Shown here piece by piece: positions 1 through 13,400 of a DNA stretch of 64,000 nucleotides (position 1 is its first letter; each line of letters starts with the position of its first letter). Under the pieces are notes generated by a model that was not told the origin of the DNA, made no database searches, and saw only the letters and a program-made list of their open reading frames with translations. Origin of the DNA: Kondoa subrosea (taxonomy: Eukaryota). A program made the position numbers and the translations under genes. The stretch spans positions 879,528 to 943,527 of the forward strand of contig BCIN01000008.1 in NCBI GenBank assembly GCA_039545335.1, written 5' to 3'.

Positions 1-500
1 AGCATCTCTGCCCTAAGTTGAAAACTTTGGTACTCAATAGTAACCGGCCAATCGCGCACACACAAAAGTGCATCAAGCCCAACACCATACAGAAGTTACA
101 CGCTTTGGCTATCCCCTTGAACGATCTTTTCATTAACAATATGTTGGATCTTGAGAGTTTCCATGCTTTGCCTCAAGTTCTGCTTCTGGACTGTACCCAT
201 TTCGAAAGCACATGGCTATTAGGGGATCTAGCGCTTGCTATTGCAGCATGGGACATTACCGCCAGCATGCAATTGATTCTAGCTAATTCTTACTGGACTT
301 GGAAAGCGATTAGGCAGCGGAATGCGGGCGAGGATTATCGAAGGTATAAGCTTCTAAAGGTGCGCTCATCTTTTTTTTCTTACTGTGAGTGTTTCAGGCT
401 CACATGATATAAGATCGCTTGCAAATATCGAAACATTGAACTTGAGATTATCAATACCGGCGATGTCGACTATCAGAAGTACATTCGGAACTCCATATGA
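1..500 (+). CDS. 3' part of an RNI-like/LRR (probably F-box) protein, truncated by the window edge
   Basis: Open frame HLCPKLKTLVLNSN..., an LRR-like 'CPxLxxLxL'. An intron from ~361 leads to a last exon IACKYRNIELEII...RNSI* (TGA 498-500). Its architecture resembles the next gene. Confidence 0.5.
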
Positions 501-1096
501 AGCCAGCAAGAAGACAGAAGTACTTGGCTCAATGCAATAGCTTTAGTAACGGAATTGAGCTGTTTTGTTCCAGTAAGGGAAGGGAGTGCTTGGGATGCTT
601 GAGAAAGAAGATTCGGCTTACCAATGTAGTATTCGCTAGTCAGCAAGAATTACTGCCCAGACTATGAAGTTTTCTCATTGTCATGAACAGGTGGTCCTGG
701 TCCTTTGTGTTCTGTACAGTTTTGATCTTCCAAAACCGACGATAACTGCTACAACAGATACTACTGCGATGGACTATACCAAGCTGTCCTGCGTTGCTTG
801 CACACTTTCTGCGTCTTTCAGCAAGCAGCAACGGCGCGTCGGCTAAGGTGGACGTGAAAATCTCTTTGGCAAACTCCTCCTCGAACAGAACAGCAAAGTT
901 TGAGCGCTGGTTCGTTGGACACCAGATATATACAAAAGTTGCGGTTGCAAAAGCCGTCAGGTCATCCGGAACAAGATCTGGTCTAAGGGTTGAGAGCTTC
1001 ACGACATTTCGTTCATTAGCTTTTGCTTGAGAAAAGGTTGAAGATTTGGTCAAGTAGGCGAAAGCTAGTAAGGGGCGAGAGGTCAGCTATCCATCC

Positions 1097-2337
1097 ATGG
1101 CTCAAACACCAAGAGCAAATCCAGGTCAGTACTTAGTTCCTATCAGTCAGTTGAATTCAGCAGCTCATCCCATTGTAGGCTCTGGCTTGCTGTCTCTACC
1201 TCCAGAAACTCTAGAGCAGATTCTCCTTCTTCTCGATTCCTCAGAAGTCTACCCCTGTCTTCTCGTTTGCAAGCATCTGTACAAAATTGCAGTCGCTAAA
1301 CCACTTCATCATCGTCTGGAAATCTATTCTACGGCATCGCTACTTCCGTGCTTACGGCATCTGCTGCATTCGCCAAAATATAGGGACCTGGTCAAGATCC
1401 TGGATATTTCACTGCCGTTTCGGTCTTCAGCTTACAGTCAAGATGCCATGGCAATTTTGCAAATAGCATTGATTGAAATCTTACCGAATCTTGGAACTTT
1501 GATACACCCAATAGTAGCAACATCTAAAGACCTTGTGATCGAATTCGTCAACAGCATTATATCTTGCACCACGAAATTGGCTCATCTACGTCTCGACTGG
1601 GATAACGACCTTCTGGAACTCGAGACAATAGCAAAGATAGTCAAATGCAGCAAAGACCTAACTTCACTAAATCTAGTATACTCAGATGTATTCAATGCGG
1701 CATTGGGACTGGAATTCGGTCTAATGTCGTCTTTAAGGGAGGTTACCTTCGACCACCTGGAATTTCAGCAATCGGAATTTGAAGCGTTGGCGTACACATT
1801 CGGCACCTGCAACCTGATTAGCCTGCACTTTATCGAATGCATTAATCTGCCAAATACGACTTTGGCACTATTCGCTACATATTGTCCACAACTGCAGCAT
1901 ATAACTATGCTCGCCAACAAGCACCGCGAACCGTCAGCACCGCGAAAAGGCGCACTCTCCGCTTTCCCAAAGTTACGATCCTTGGCTTTCGATAAAAACA
2001 CAATTCCCTTATCTTGGCTGCTCGAATACAAACATCCTCTGAACGCGCTCTTCCTAAGAAATGTGCCTGATCTATCTGCTGGATGGTTGGCTTTGATTTT
2101 GGGAAACTGGACCTTCAATTTAACGGGCTTGCAACTGGTTATTGAAACCAGCTCTCAAAAACAAACATGGTCCGAAGCGGAAGATGTAGCTCTTGAAGTA
2201 AGCTGCTCTCTAGACTGTCTCTCGCAACCCAGCTGAATCTGCTCTTCAAGGCTTCGTGCGCGGATCGCGGTGTTAAGCTTGTGCAGACTACAGATGCATG
2301 GGAAGAGTTCCAGCACTTGTTTATTCTTTACAATTAG
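1097..2337 (+). CDS. F-box / leucine-rich repeat (RNI-like) protein
   Basis: F-box motif LLSLPPETLEQILLLLDSSEVYPCLLVCKHLYKIA followed by LRR-like repeats (CPQLQHITM, FPKLRSLAF). The last exon after the gtaagc intron reads ASCADRGVKLVQ...YN*. Confidence 0.75.
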
Positions 2338-2610
2338 GGAATACATGATACCGTGGAAGTTCATCCGAAGTATAATACATCGCAGTCCTGTCTCTGCATC
2401 TGTCTCCATTGCTTCCGTGTTAGCTCTTGTTTCGAGGCCTCTGTTCTTCTTACAATTGAATCCAAAATTTTGCTACATTGCTATAGGGACCGCAGCTACA
2501 AGCAGAAGAACGAACAAGCACATATGTATATACTGAATATTGGTCAAAGCCTAATAGTATCAATGCACAGCATGATTAAAGTAGATTACACAGCATACTT
2601 ATGATTTTGT

Positions 2611-4118
2611 CTAGCCCATACTTTCATAGCATCCACCAACGCTTCCAGCTAACACAAAGCCCATCAGCAATGCACAATAGACATACATAACAGCAAAGAC
2701 TTACCAGCAAAGTTGAAATCAGCACAGCCAGCTCCATTGGTAACTATGCCCAAAGTGAAGCCAGGAAGAGGACGAGGATCGCTTCCACCGTTGAAAGCGG
2801 CGTCTTTCAAGAAGCATCCGCTTCCAAAATAAGGTGAACGTAAAACGAAACCGGCGCATCCAGTTGTAGCTGAGCAAGCGGCTTGACAACCTGCAGCATC
2901 GGTGGAGGCGAGGACAGGTTGATTAGGAAGATCATTGTAAGGGCTGGAAAGGTTGATTAGACAGGATCTGAATAGTATTGGAAGTAGGCTTACTCTTCGG
3001 TGGATTCGAACAAAACGTATTTCTTGACTACAACAGCACTGGCCGAAGCAGATGGCGCAGCGGAAGAAGATGAAGCGACTTCGGAAGATGATAAGATGGT
3101 GCTTGATGGGACTTCACTGGATGCAGAAGATGGAACACTGTAGATTGATGGCTATCGCAGATAGGTCAGCCGAAAGAATGGTACAGCTCGACATCAAACA
3201 TACAACTTCTGAAGAGCTCACAAAGACCGAAGAAGCTACCGATGGAATCTGTACAGCTGGAACTGAAGAATCGACAGAAGCTGAAACTATGTAGGACGAG
3301 GCCTGGATGGACGAAGCAGCATATGAAGATGGGGGAGCGACTTGAGCTTGGGAAGAGCTGGAAGATGCAACAACCGATGATGAGCTCTTGACAGCAGAAG
3401 AGGAGCTCTTCACAGCTTGGCTTGAGCTGGAGGGCTTGACAATGGAGCTTGATGAAGATTCTTCATCAGCTGAAGAGGAAATCTTTGCGGTAGAAGACGA
3501 GGAGGGCTTCGGTGCGACATATGTAGAGGATTGAGGTGTAGGTGAAGAAGAAGTAGGCTTGACAGAGATGACTTTGGTAGTGGAAGATTCGTCTTCCATT
3601 TCAAATGCTTTGGTAGAGCTGACTTTGACGGGAGAAGAGGAGGGAGCTTGTACTATTTTGAGAGTCGATGAAGTCTGGAGGAACATCAGTTACATCGATG
3701 TAATGGTATTGCATGAGCAGTGCCTACCTGCTGAGTTTCTTCGACTTCGATGCTTGAGCTAGTCTTCGGTTCAACCGACTTCGCGCTGGATGAGTTTCAA
3801 AGAAGATGCGATATAAGACGACATACCTTGACAGCTGGAGTAGAGCTCGTAGTTGCGACAACTACATTGGAGGAAGTGGTCTGAACAGCATATAACATCA
3901 GCAAGAACGAGAATCAGCAGATTACAAAGACTCACAGGGTCTACCTGGACAGTAGGCGCAGCCATGGTGGCATTGGCAGCTGCTAGAGGGCTATTGAGAT
4001 CGTCGTTGTGGTGAGCTCGGCGAACACGGTGCCAATTTCCTTTAGCGCCATGATTACCAGAAGCTGCGACGAAAGATACGGCACAAAGCAGGACTGCAAA
4101 GTTTGCGACGAGAACCAT
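2611..4118 (-). CDS. Secreted Ser-rich protein with a C-terminal PAN/apple-like Cys domain
   Basis: Signal peptide MVLVANFAVLLCAVSFVAA, a dibasic RVRR site and a long Ser/Ala/Thr stalk. C-terminal NDLPNQPVLASTDAAGCQAACSATTGCAGFVL...GCFLK matches the apple-domain C-x3-C-x5-C...CxLK pattern. Confidence 0.65.
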
Positions 4119-4713
4119 CTTGTATGCTAAGCTGATTGACTGTTGTAGCGAAGTGAATGAAAGCGTAAAAAAGAATGTGTTGAGACAATGAAATGAGACC
4201 AATGCAAGACTGAGTGGGATTGAGGAAAGAGAAGAAAGAGATAGAGAAGGCTTTGTACACAGCGGAAGCCACAGATCAGGCTACCGCGAAGCCGCATTTG
4301 GGTATAATAATTGAATTCAACGCAAAAGGAAATTTCGAATGGCTGCTCGCATTTCACGGCTCTCGATCTTGTCAACATGATGTGTAATGTATCAGTCGAG
4401 CCCTGACTGGTGTATCATCTGTGCTTGGCTGAAATTATAGGTCGCGGTATGGGTCAAGCCTTCGATTTGCGCAAATTGTTTGCATTGGCCATTGTCGAGC
4501 ATCTCCGTCAAAGCATGCCAGAGCCGGAACTGTAGCATCTCTGAAAGCGCTGGTCAAACTCATGAGCTCACGCGACTATTGAGATGCTTTTAGCCGAGAC
4601 TCGGATGCAGATCATTTTGACTTTGCCCCGCGTTCTGCTGTCCCCTCGCGCTGTTCTCTGTCACTTGTTATCTACCGTGAATCACCTCAACAAACTCAAT
4701 ACATCTCATCATC

Positions 4714-5505
4714 ATGAAAGGAAGCTGTTACTGTGTAGATTAGACCTTGCTATGGCCAAGACAGAGCAGCTGATCTTGCACATTTCAGGGCGAAGTCCAA
4801 TACGAAGCAGAAGGCAAAGCAAGTGAGCAAGAAGGTATTGCATGCTGGTGGTGAGTCTGTTCGCTGTCTGGCCAGCTCTTAGGTTGATCCATTTGCTACA
4901 GCAAAACTTGTCAACACTGTCAGCCTATGCGCTTTCTTGTCAATGTTCAAGGCTCACCGGATCTGCGTCTATCACAACAGTACATAGCTTTGGTAGCTAC
5001 AACGTCAAATCGAGCGTTGATGCCATCAAATTGACCAAAGGTACTCCTACTGTGAGTCATGCAGTCGTGTTCGAAGTGCAACGCATACCTGATCATTACA
5101 TCTAGACCTTCAGCGATACCAAATGCGACTCTGGTAAAGGAATGAAGAGGAAATTTTGCGGAACTTGCGGTTCTCAACTTTGGTCAGAGGTATATGCTTC
5201 ATGGCGAATCACTTGCTCGATTTGTGCTGACGGTTGTTAAAGCCTGACATGATGCCTGGTGTAGCCTTCATCAAAGCCGGAACTCTTGATGAAATTGCTT
5301 CAGTCAAGCCGTGAGCCTGCATTTCAACCACGAGAGTTGAAGCTGATCGGCAGCTTCCACAGCACCGCTGAGATCTATGTCGAATCAGCTATTCCTGGTG
5401 CCAAGCTGTAAGTGTGTTACAAAACATGTATAGCGTGATCTGAAAAATTGAGACAGTGATGGGGCTGCCAAACACTTTGAAGGTATGATGGCCAAAGAAG
5501 TTTGA
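4714..5505 (+). CDS. GFA/Mss4-like (CENP-V/GFA) Zn-binding protein
   Basis: Spliced segments MKGSCYC, CQCSRLTGSASIT, DSGKGMKRKFCGTCGSQLWSE, VAFIKAGTLD and PTAEIYVESAIP carry the characteristic GFA CxC, CxxC and FCxxCG motifs. Confidence 0.85.
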
Positions 5506-5669
5506 AACACAGCGAAAGCAGAATATCAGTGAGAGAAAAGACAATTTGTAGCCAACCGACTTGAAAAAAATGAAAGTAGTTATGTGTACCAAACAGGGTA
5601 GCCGATTTCGGCTGAAGCGCAAAGAGAGACACCACGCAGAACACAACCAGTCACATTGTAGATCAAGTA

Positions 5670-7953
5670 CTATGCGACAGCTGCTAGTAATTTTCTGCTC
5701 CAAGTCTTCTTTTCATCTGAATACGTCGATTCTTCGTCGGGTTCCCGATCTGGTGATTGATAGCGACCAGTGTAGAGATCCATATCACGCAGAGATACCC
5801 ATTTTGTTTTCTTGTATAGCTTCCAGCCGAAGTAAAAGGCCGCAATAATAGGGAAGGATATGTAGGCTGAAAGGAAGTCCGAGATATTCCAACTGCCTGA
5901 TAGGAAGACGCCAAAGCCACTGAAGAGCATTCTAATTGGGATCGCTGAGTCGAAAACAGCACAACGAGAACAGCTGACTTACATCAGACATAGCATAATC
6001 AGCCCGAACCACGAAACATAAGGCTGAAGAGGCGCTTTATAGGGAAAGGTATCTCTTGAAACGCCTTGAACCTTGCAGGCAGAGTAGAAGCGCAGATACG
6101 AAGCCAAAATGATTGCCCAAACCATGATGCCAGTAATCGATGAGATGAGATAAAGCCAGCCTGCACCCACACCCTTAATTGCTGAGCAGAAATATGCAGG
6201 AGAGGACAAACTGAAAACTGTAGCGGAGTTGACACCAATGTTCATATATGCCAGAAGACCGAAACTCATGCAGAAGATCACAGAGTAAAGAGGGAGACCA
6301 TCTGTTGGCTGGCATGAGTTCATCTCAATGCCAAAAAAAGACGAGAACTTACTCTTCAAGCATCGACTGAAGATCTTAGGCGCTTGCGAATCTGCTGCAA
6401 GACCGTAGAGTGTTCGCGAATTTGCGTAAACGTAAGAATTGCCAGCGGAAAAAGTAGATAGCAGAATGACTGCATTGACCTGTAATCGAAAGCAACCACT
6501 AGATTAGTACTGACAGTACTCGAAAGAGAGGGTAAAACCAACAATGGAGGGCAATACTTTGATTTGCGCTCTCTCGATGGCTATAACGAAAGGTGAAGCG
6601 CTCGCGTTACCAGCTTCAGACAAGAGGCGATCATCGTTGAAAGGGACAGTCAATCCGATAGTGAAGACGCTTCCAACGCTGTAATACGATGAGCCAAGAC
6701 ACAATAAGATACCTTATGTGAGGCTTACTAGAAGAGCAGAATACGAATGAAAACGCGCTTGGTAGCGAGAGCAAGATTCTTGCCAGGATTCTCGCTTTCT
6801 GCAGCAGCTAGAGCCACGACTTCTGTTCCGAGGAAAGAGAAAGCCGCAGAAACGAAGACGCTCCAAAAAGCTCTGTAGTTTGCAAATATAATTAGTATTC
6901 AACCAGGACAAATGTGCTAAGGGACTCACAAGAAGCGCCCCAGGGCACCAGGAATCTCGTTGTACTGGTTGAATGCTCCAGGAGCTGTCAAGCGATCAGA
7001 ATACTTTCTGCGCAGAAGATTGGTCAACGGACAGATCCAGTATCGGAACCCTAGTCTATCATGGGTCGGTCCACCTCCAAGATCAATGACGAAGCCTAGG
7101 ATAATCAGGCCTATAACTGTTACAATCTTGATCAAAGCGAGCCAGTACTGGAAATTAATTGATCAGCGCCAATGTCAGTATCGAGCGTGTCTCATATCAG
7201 TCGCTTACTTCAACTTCTCCATACACTCGCACGCCGAGAAGGTTGATGATCGATATTACGACAACATACATAGTAATCTATATTCTGTCAGATCAAACCA
7301 CTCCTCGGCAGACTGCTGGCTCACCCAGACTGCTATCGGCGTTTCCGAATCCCAAAAACTGATGACTATCGAGCCGCCGGTAATCTCTGTCGGTAAAGTC
7401 ACGGCAAGTTCGTAAACATATGTCCAGCCCGTCGCAAATCCCAAAGCTGGATCGAGGAAGCGGCTCGAATAGTGGACGAAAGCTCCAGCTACTGGAAACA
7501 GGGCGGCCACTGCAATCCATTTGTCAGAGTATATTATCTCTGGCGAAAGATCTGACCGACTTTCTCCTAAGGCGATCATCGTTGACCATACAATCCCTCC
7601 CATTATGATGTACCCAAGCAGCACTGTAAGCATGTGAGTCACTTCTCAGAATGATATGAGCTTGCACTGACCTCCCACAGGTCCACCTAAAGTGTTTTGA
7701 GCCTATCGATCTAACCTCAAAGTAGTATGGACATACCATTAGCTAAAGCACTACCCAGACCCAGGAAAATCCCGCTACCAATACAGCCTCCCAAGACTAT
7801 CATATTCAGCTGTCTACCGCCCAACTTCCTTTGCAATCCAGGTTGAGAATGGGCCAATTCCTTCATCCCAGCTACATCCACGTTCTTATCCATGTCCACA
7901 TCTTGCAAATCTCCTGCTGAAGCCCTCTTGCTCAATGTAATGGTATCCGCCAT
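5670..7953 (-). CDS. Amino-acid permease (APC superfamily, YAT family)
   Basis: LQRKLGGRQLNMIVLGGCIGSGIFLGLG, FPVAGAFVHYSSRFLDPALGFATGW, DRLGFRYW, ASASPFVIAI, FPYKAPLQPY, YFGWKLYKKTKWV. Many short introns. Confidence 0.92.
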
Positions 7954-8541
7954 GATCGGGTCGTACAGGATCAAAAGATAAAGAGTTTTTGCGAGAATCA
8001 ACAAATCGGGAACTTCTGATAAGGATATGTGCCGAGACGGGTACGAAAAGAAGCATGGAAGGGACGAGGCAGGTTGGTATGACATAGCGAGACTGAGTCT
8101 TGACTCCAGAAAGTCGAGGACGGATCAGTGCAGAAAGTTTGGGAGCGACATATCACAGCCAATCCAGCTCCACTAAGCAGGCAGCAGTCGTGTAAGCGTT
8201 CTAGCTGTGGACGTTTGACATGTGAACACAGTATCGCAGAAATGTATTGCTTAGTCAGCAACTTTTCCAATCCACTCTGCAGAAGGAACTTTGGAAAGAT
8301 CTGGTCGATGATTGCAGCCAATAGCAGCACGTTAGAAGTCGATTCTGAACAGAGCGAGTCACCATTTCAAGCAACGTTGCTTCTCGAAATTTCGTTCAAG
8401 GCTTGATCTGACACGCTGACCTAACACGCAAACAAAGGCTCCTTATACCTCACGATTGCCATCTAGCACTGCAGTCTTATTCTAGCCATTCTACTCAACC
8501 TAATCAAGCGATTTCCTGCTTGTCGCTTTCTTGCGAATATC

Positions 8542-10083
8542 ATGCGACAATTCCACGCTCAAGACATAGAATTGCCAGCTGATTACATTGAAGTACCTTT
8601 TGAACTACCTGAAGAGAAATATGTTGGAATCTTGGCTTGTCAGATGAACCCTTTGCTCAAGACGCTCGAAACGAAGGTGATCAGTTGCGAGAAAGCTCCT
8701 GCTGCGCCTAAAGAGAGAGTTAAGAAGGGGCAGAAAGCAGAAGAGACGAAGCAAGAGTATGAAGTCCAATTCTTGGACACTTGTTTCTTTCCTCTCGGCG
8801 GAGGTCAATCTGAAGATCATGGAATTGTCAAAGTAGTGGATAAAGAAGATACACCTGTTGCCATTACGAATGTGCTACGGAAAGGATTGAAAGCTGTGCA
8901 CTATGCGGATGCACCATTAGAAGTTGGATCGATAGTCAAACAGGAAGTTGATTGGTCTCGAAGATGGGATTTGATGCTTCAGCATACAGGTCAGCATGTC
9001 AGTACGATATGCTTTCACTCTAAATATCTACCTACATAAATTTAAACAGCTACTGTCTGCTGTATTGGAAGAATACGATGACAATCCCACTCTTGGCTGG
9101 TCGTTACAACCCTTTCCTGAACCTTCGTATATCGAACTTCCTCGAACACCGACAGCAGAAGAGATAGCGAAGTGTAATCAAGTTAGTCTGATCCTATCAA
9201 TCTGTCCCGCTCTTAAGCTGATTTATCATGCAAGATATGCAACAAAGCAATAGCTACTGGTGCACCTATTAGAGTCAAAGTCTCACTTCCTCTCGATCCA
9301 GAGGCAGAGCATGAAAGACCTGATACTTTACCAGCTGATTACGTCGGTGGTGTAGTGCGCTGCGTCTCGATTCATTCACCTTACGTTCACGACAAGAACT
9401 ATTGTTGTGGGACTCGTGAGTGCTCAATTGCGCTTCGACATCTTCCTCCTGGAACTGATCAATGGGCGATAGACACATCCGATCTTTCCCATATTCAGGC
9501 GATTCATGTCTTACCATACACCACACCGATAAGAAAAGATAACTGTCGACTCTACTTTCTCGTAGGACCTAGAGTAACGCACAACCTCGGTATCTCACTC
9601 GAGCAAGTCCGACTATCAGCTTTAGAGATGGGTTGCGCAAGTGAAGATGTAGTAGAGCGGTTGAAGCTAAACCTCAGTAATGGAAGAGAAGCTTTAAAAA
9701 GGGAAAAGAAAGCAAAAGAAGAATTAGCTGGTTATTTGGCTAATGATTTAATTCGACAAGCTGAAAACAACGGAGAAGGAAAAGCGATCTTGATCAGAGG
9801 AGAAGAAGAATTGGATTTCCTTTCACTTATTTCGTCTAGACTTACTCAAGAAGCTGGTGTAAAGGATGATCAAGTTTTCCTATTGGCTGCTGCTTGTCAA
9901 ACAAGTTCACCCTTGATTATTGTGGGAAACGCGGAAAAGGTTACGAAATTGGCTGCAGCGGTGAAAGAAGCGTTTGGTAGTCGACTGAAAGGTGGAGGGA
10001 AACATCGCTGGCAAGGCAAACTGGACAAATTGGGTCAGAAGGATTCAGAGTTATTGAAGAAACTGGTGATGCAATTGAGCTGA
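8542..10083 (+). CDS. Free-standing alanyl-tRNA editing deacylase (AlaX/AARSD1-like)
   Basis: DTCFFPLGGGQSED, VDWSRRWDLMLQHTGQH (HxxxH), CCGTH reconstituted across an intron (CxxxH), and C-terminal KGGGKHRWQGK. Confidence 0.88.
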
Positions 10084-10222
10084 GATTGTCAAAAAGTGTT
10101 CAGGATGGATGTAGAAATAGGGTTTAACGGTGTGCACACAAATCAGAGCAATTCTAATATCATGTATTGCTGCATGATTTCATGAAATTCGTCGTTTACT
10201 TTCAAGCAATAACATTCTCAAA

Positions 10223-11639
10223 ATGTCATCAGGTAAGTTAGCTTCAAGGGAGACCTGTCTAGAGGCTATCTCATCGCAGCGAGAACCTTGCTGATCTGTT
10301 GTTGTAACTTTCGAGCAGATCTCACTTTAGCAACTCCGGCGGATGCTGTGTCTGCTGTTACCTGGTCACCGACAGATGCAGACTTGCTGCTTTCTGCTGG
10401 CTGGGATAGTGTACGTCTCGTTTCTCCATTCACGCTGTTTTCTCCTCACAATGGAATTCTCGACAGACGGTCAATCTTTACAACGTTACTGCTCCTTCAC
10501 CAGAAACCAGTCTCAAGAATACCTATCCTCATCAAGCACCTGTATTGGACGTAGCTTTCTCCGGCAAAAGCAATCAAGGTGCAAAATGCTATACCGGAGG
10601 TCTAGATAGACAAGTTCGGGAAATTGATCTACAAGGAGGGCAACAGACTATTCTAGGAAGTCATCAAGAGGCTGTGAGATGTGTCAATTGGTCTGAAGAA
10701 ACGAGTCAGTCTCAAAGTCTTTCAATACAAGCATGATTTTGTATTGATTTTTGACTTATCTGACAGATCTCTGTATCACTGCTTCGTGGGATGGTAATCT
10801 TCGTCTTTGGGATCCTCGATCAACACCATCAAACAATACTCTTCACACACCTTTACCAGGCAAAGCTTTCTCTATGGATGTTTCAGCTACAAGCGTTATT
10901 GTCGCTTGCGCACAAAGACATATAGTTATTTACGATCTTCGAAAACTAGCTGGTGAAATGCAACAAGCGACGGATAAACGTGGAGCTGTTGAACCGGAAC
11001 AAAGAAGAGAAAGTTCACTCAAGTTTATGACAAGAGCAGTGAGGCTCAATCCGGCTGGAGATGCGTTTGCGAGCACTAGTATTGAAGGAAGAGCGGCTGT
11101 TGAGTTCTTGGATCAAGCGCCGGAAGCTCAAGCCAAGAAATATGCTTTCAAGGTTCGGGAAGCGATAGAGGTTTCAGCTTTAAGCTGATACTTGTGTGTC
11201 TGCTCACGAACAGTGTCATCGAGCTGTAGTCGATGGAATCGATACAGTCTACCCAGTCAACGCACTGGCTTTCCATCCTACGTAAGTTTTGCTTTTCCCC
11301 AATACCGATATTTCCTAAGTTAGGCATAAAGACATGGTACATTCGCTACTGGAGGAGGTGACGGAATAGTCTCCATTTGGGATTTAGCAGCCAAGAAACG
11401 TTTACGACAATACACCAAGTACCCATCAAGTGTTCAATCGCTTGCGTTCAACTGCGATGGAACGAAAATGGCTGTTGCGGGTAGTATATTCTTGGAAGAG
11501 GGTACACCGAGTAAAGATAGGCAGAATGGGATCTGGATCAAGGATGGTATGCTGGAGGATTGTAAAGTGAGTTTGAAGTCATTCGTCTTCTATAGGCTGG
11601 AGCTGATGCTTGATTATACAGCCAAAAGTCAAAGCTTGA
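10223..11639 (+). CDS. BUB3: Spindle checkpoint WD40 protein Bub3
   Basis: PADAVSAVTWSP, QRRESSLKFMTRAV, SIEGRAAVEF, KKYAFKCHR, VYPVNALAFHP, TFATGGGDG, WDLAAKKRLRQY. Confidence 0.9.
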
Positions 11640-11944
11640 TGAATCTCAATGTACACTTGTCTGCATTGCTTTAGTATCTATGCTGGCAGTTGGAAAGGTT
11701 CTTGCTTTTACCATTCCTTTCGGAATTCACTGCAGCGCCGCCCACGATAATGTTGATTGAGTGCGCGTCAGAGACTGATCGCTGCGGTTCCATGGTCAAA
11801 GTAGATTCAAAGTACATACATGCAATTGCACTGCGAAGAAGAGGTATACATGGATTGTTCAGATTCACCTGAAACAAATGCTTGAGCTTCACAAAAGAAT
11901 GATGTGAAGGCACGTACCCTGTGATCAAAGCTGCTAGGTCGAGT

Positions 11945-12507
11945 CTACTTGGTGTCGAGCTTTGTCTCATTCTTGACGTAAAATTGCTTTGGTTCAGAAG
12001 ATAAGCATTGAGCATGTGCCTAGATACAAGCTTACAAGAGTATGACCTCCTCTGTGACAAGCATGAGCCATTTCCTTTGTTGCATAACCGAGTGAGTTGA
12101 GAGCAGTAGAGGGACAATTGCGATCTTCACAGACGAACTTGCGTCTTTGGTCATCCAGTCTGCCTTGCTGGAGGGGGACAGATTTGTACAACAGTGCAAT
12201 CAGCTGTAGCACATCGTATTAAGCAAGTCAAACGTACAGAAAGTGGGTGTCCAGCCTTGTGGCAAGCTTCTGCCTCTTCTGCAGTCTTGTGCATGTCCGC
12301 ATAATGGTCGCTCTGAGCTGGATTGGTGTGACACTTAATATCAGTACAGTGAAAGCCTTCTTTTATGACTCGTCGAGGGTTTTGTAGCGCAGTGGCTACA
12401 GCCCAGCGCTTTGTCCAGTCATACGTAGCCTGGCATGGAGAATGCAAGCTCAGCCTAATTCGTAGTATGGGAAGAGACCATACAGAAGCTTGATTCTTGG
12501 CGTTCAT
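11945..12507 (-). CDS. Small protein with two atypical C2H2-like zinc-finger repeats
   Basis: Four-exon model. FHCTDIKC...TAEEAEACHKAGHPL and FVCEDRNC...TKEMAHACHRGGHTL are clear internal repeats. Introns are canonical GT-AG. Confidence 0.55.
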
Positions 12508-13400
12508 GATAATGCACTGCCCGTCAGAATAGAAGATCAGCTAAGCTAGAGCAATTGAATTGCAACGAGATATAGCATACCTTCTAGCTTGATTTGGCAA
12601 AGAGATCTGAGGGAATGCGAGTAGTTCAATGAAAAAGGTTAAGAGCAAGAGCAAGAGGGAAATGGCTTCGTATAGAATAGGCCTCCAGAGGTACCATTCT
12701 GAAGACGAAAGGAAGTTGCCTTTCCGGCGTGACGAATCCCTGTAGCTGCTAATAGCTGCAACACAGCATCCGTACAGTAGGTATAGCATGCTGCTACTCT
12801 TTCAGAGCAGATGTCAGGAGATGCAAACACGCCAACACGAAGAATGAGGCGAAAGCTAAGCCGAGAATGGAATGTCATCACCAACGCCCTGTCACTCTGG
12901 CGAGTACAGATAACTTTCCAGCGGTAGTGAAACGCGAGAAGCACAACATCATAAACTTGGAAAGGGGAGCGAACCGTATAGTACTTGTAGCTGTATAAGA
13001 TGTAGTCTTTTTATTACAGCCAACTGAGAAAGGAGTCGCAAGTTTGAAAGATCTGCTGCAATGAATCCAGGCCCAGGAATTCCAAGATGGCAGAAGAGCT
13101 CAAAAGCTAATACAAAATCACCAGATTGATTCTCTCGTGATAGCTGGGATTATAACGTTATGGGCCTGCGAAGCTTGGTCAAGAGAGTGGGATGAAAGAA
13201 GATGACTATCATTGCGAATGCTACACGCAGAAGTGCTGGAAGAGGACAAGTATAAGCCAGCGAATGCACTGCAGGACAATATATAATATCGGAAGTGACG
13301 AACAAACGCCGGCTTCTGCTGCCATGAATTCCTGAAGGTCAAACGAGTCGAGTCAAAGAACTGGCAGGCTCAACTAATCCGCATCCGGGCCCGATGAATT

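Noticed and set aside
640..1053. 137-aa minus-strand ORF
   Set aside because: Non-ATG start, no recognisable motif, and no support beyond length.
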